From the NCBI GenBank assembly GCA_040285855.1, contig JAUFOQ010000004.1, forward strand, positions 558,001 to 622,000: DNA of 64,000 nucleotides, read 5' to 3'. Shown piece by piece: positions 63,719 to 64,000 of this stretch (positions within the stretch are counted from its first letter, which is position 1; the number at the start of each line of letters is the position of its first letter). Under the pieces are notes generated by a model. It made no database searches. It saw only the letters and a list, made by a program, of their open reading frames with translations, and had not been told where the DNA came from. The stretch comes from Eukaryota sp. GEM-RC1. Lineage: Eukaryota. Both the position numbers and the translations under genes were made by a program.

Positions 63719-64000
63719 CGTCAATCAGATACGAAGAGGGGCTAGAATCTAGCCGCTAGATGCTACAAAAATGATTTTACTGAAGTTTGATTTTCCTTCT
63801 AGTTCCGGAACTTGAGGAATGGACGAATTCCCTCCCATTTGTTAAGAATCTGTCTGCTCTGATAGTGGATCAATGTCAATGCTGCCTACTGGTTAAGGTA
63901 GACTAAAACGTTTGAAAAACTAAGTTCCAGACTGATCGATCAAAACTGATCTTCTTCACTCCCATCTTCAATCAAAGGTCCTCTTCCTCACTCTCCTCAG

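Overview
AT-rich, gene-dense eukaryotic DNA from a flagellated, intron-poor protist. A metamonad-like anaerobe is inferred from the BspA-type LRR expansion, the PPDK-derived domain and the tiny introns; this is not proven. The left ~40 kb is rich in transposon material: several hAT MITEs with 8-bp TSDs, a near-intact hAT, a Mutator element with a 9-bp TSD, CRE-like RLE non-LTR retrotransposon copies and an IS630/Tc1 remnant. These sit among host genes (RNI-like LRR protein, TmcB/TmcC-like membrane protein, TMEM104-like transporter, SPB1, NUFIP1-like). The right part is a compact block of conserved genes (uridine kinase, CFAP65-like, TM2-domain protein, calmodulin-like, AK9-like, RPSA, MSH5). 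Three things stand out. (1) A ~2,300-aa predicted type II membrane protein joins a degenerate pyruvate-phosphate-dikinase N-terminal domain to an extracellular BspA LRR array; it is only fully visible after splicing two micro-introns. (2) A five-exon C2H2 zinc finger-PHD-SET gene, PRDM-like but with reversed domain order, lies head-to-head with a Tc1-like transposase. (3) A head-to-tail array of ~4.3 x 1058-bp mini-retroelements encodes a Gag/chromodomain-tail fusion. Introns are 27-34 nt, mostly 29. Many genes carry single-base frameshifts in homopolymers, most likely long-read errors. All family assignments are from motif recognition by eye; no database search was run.
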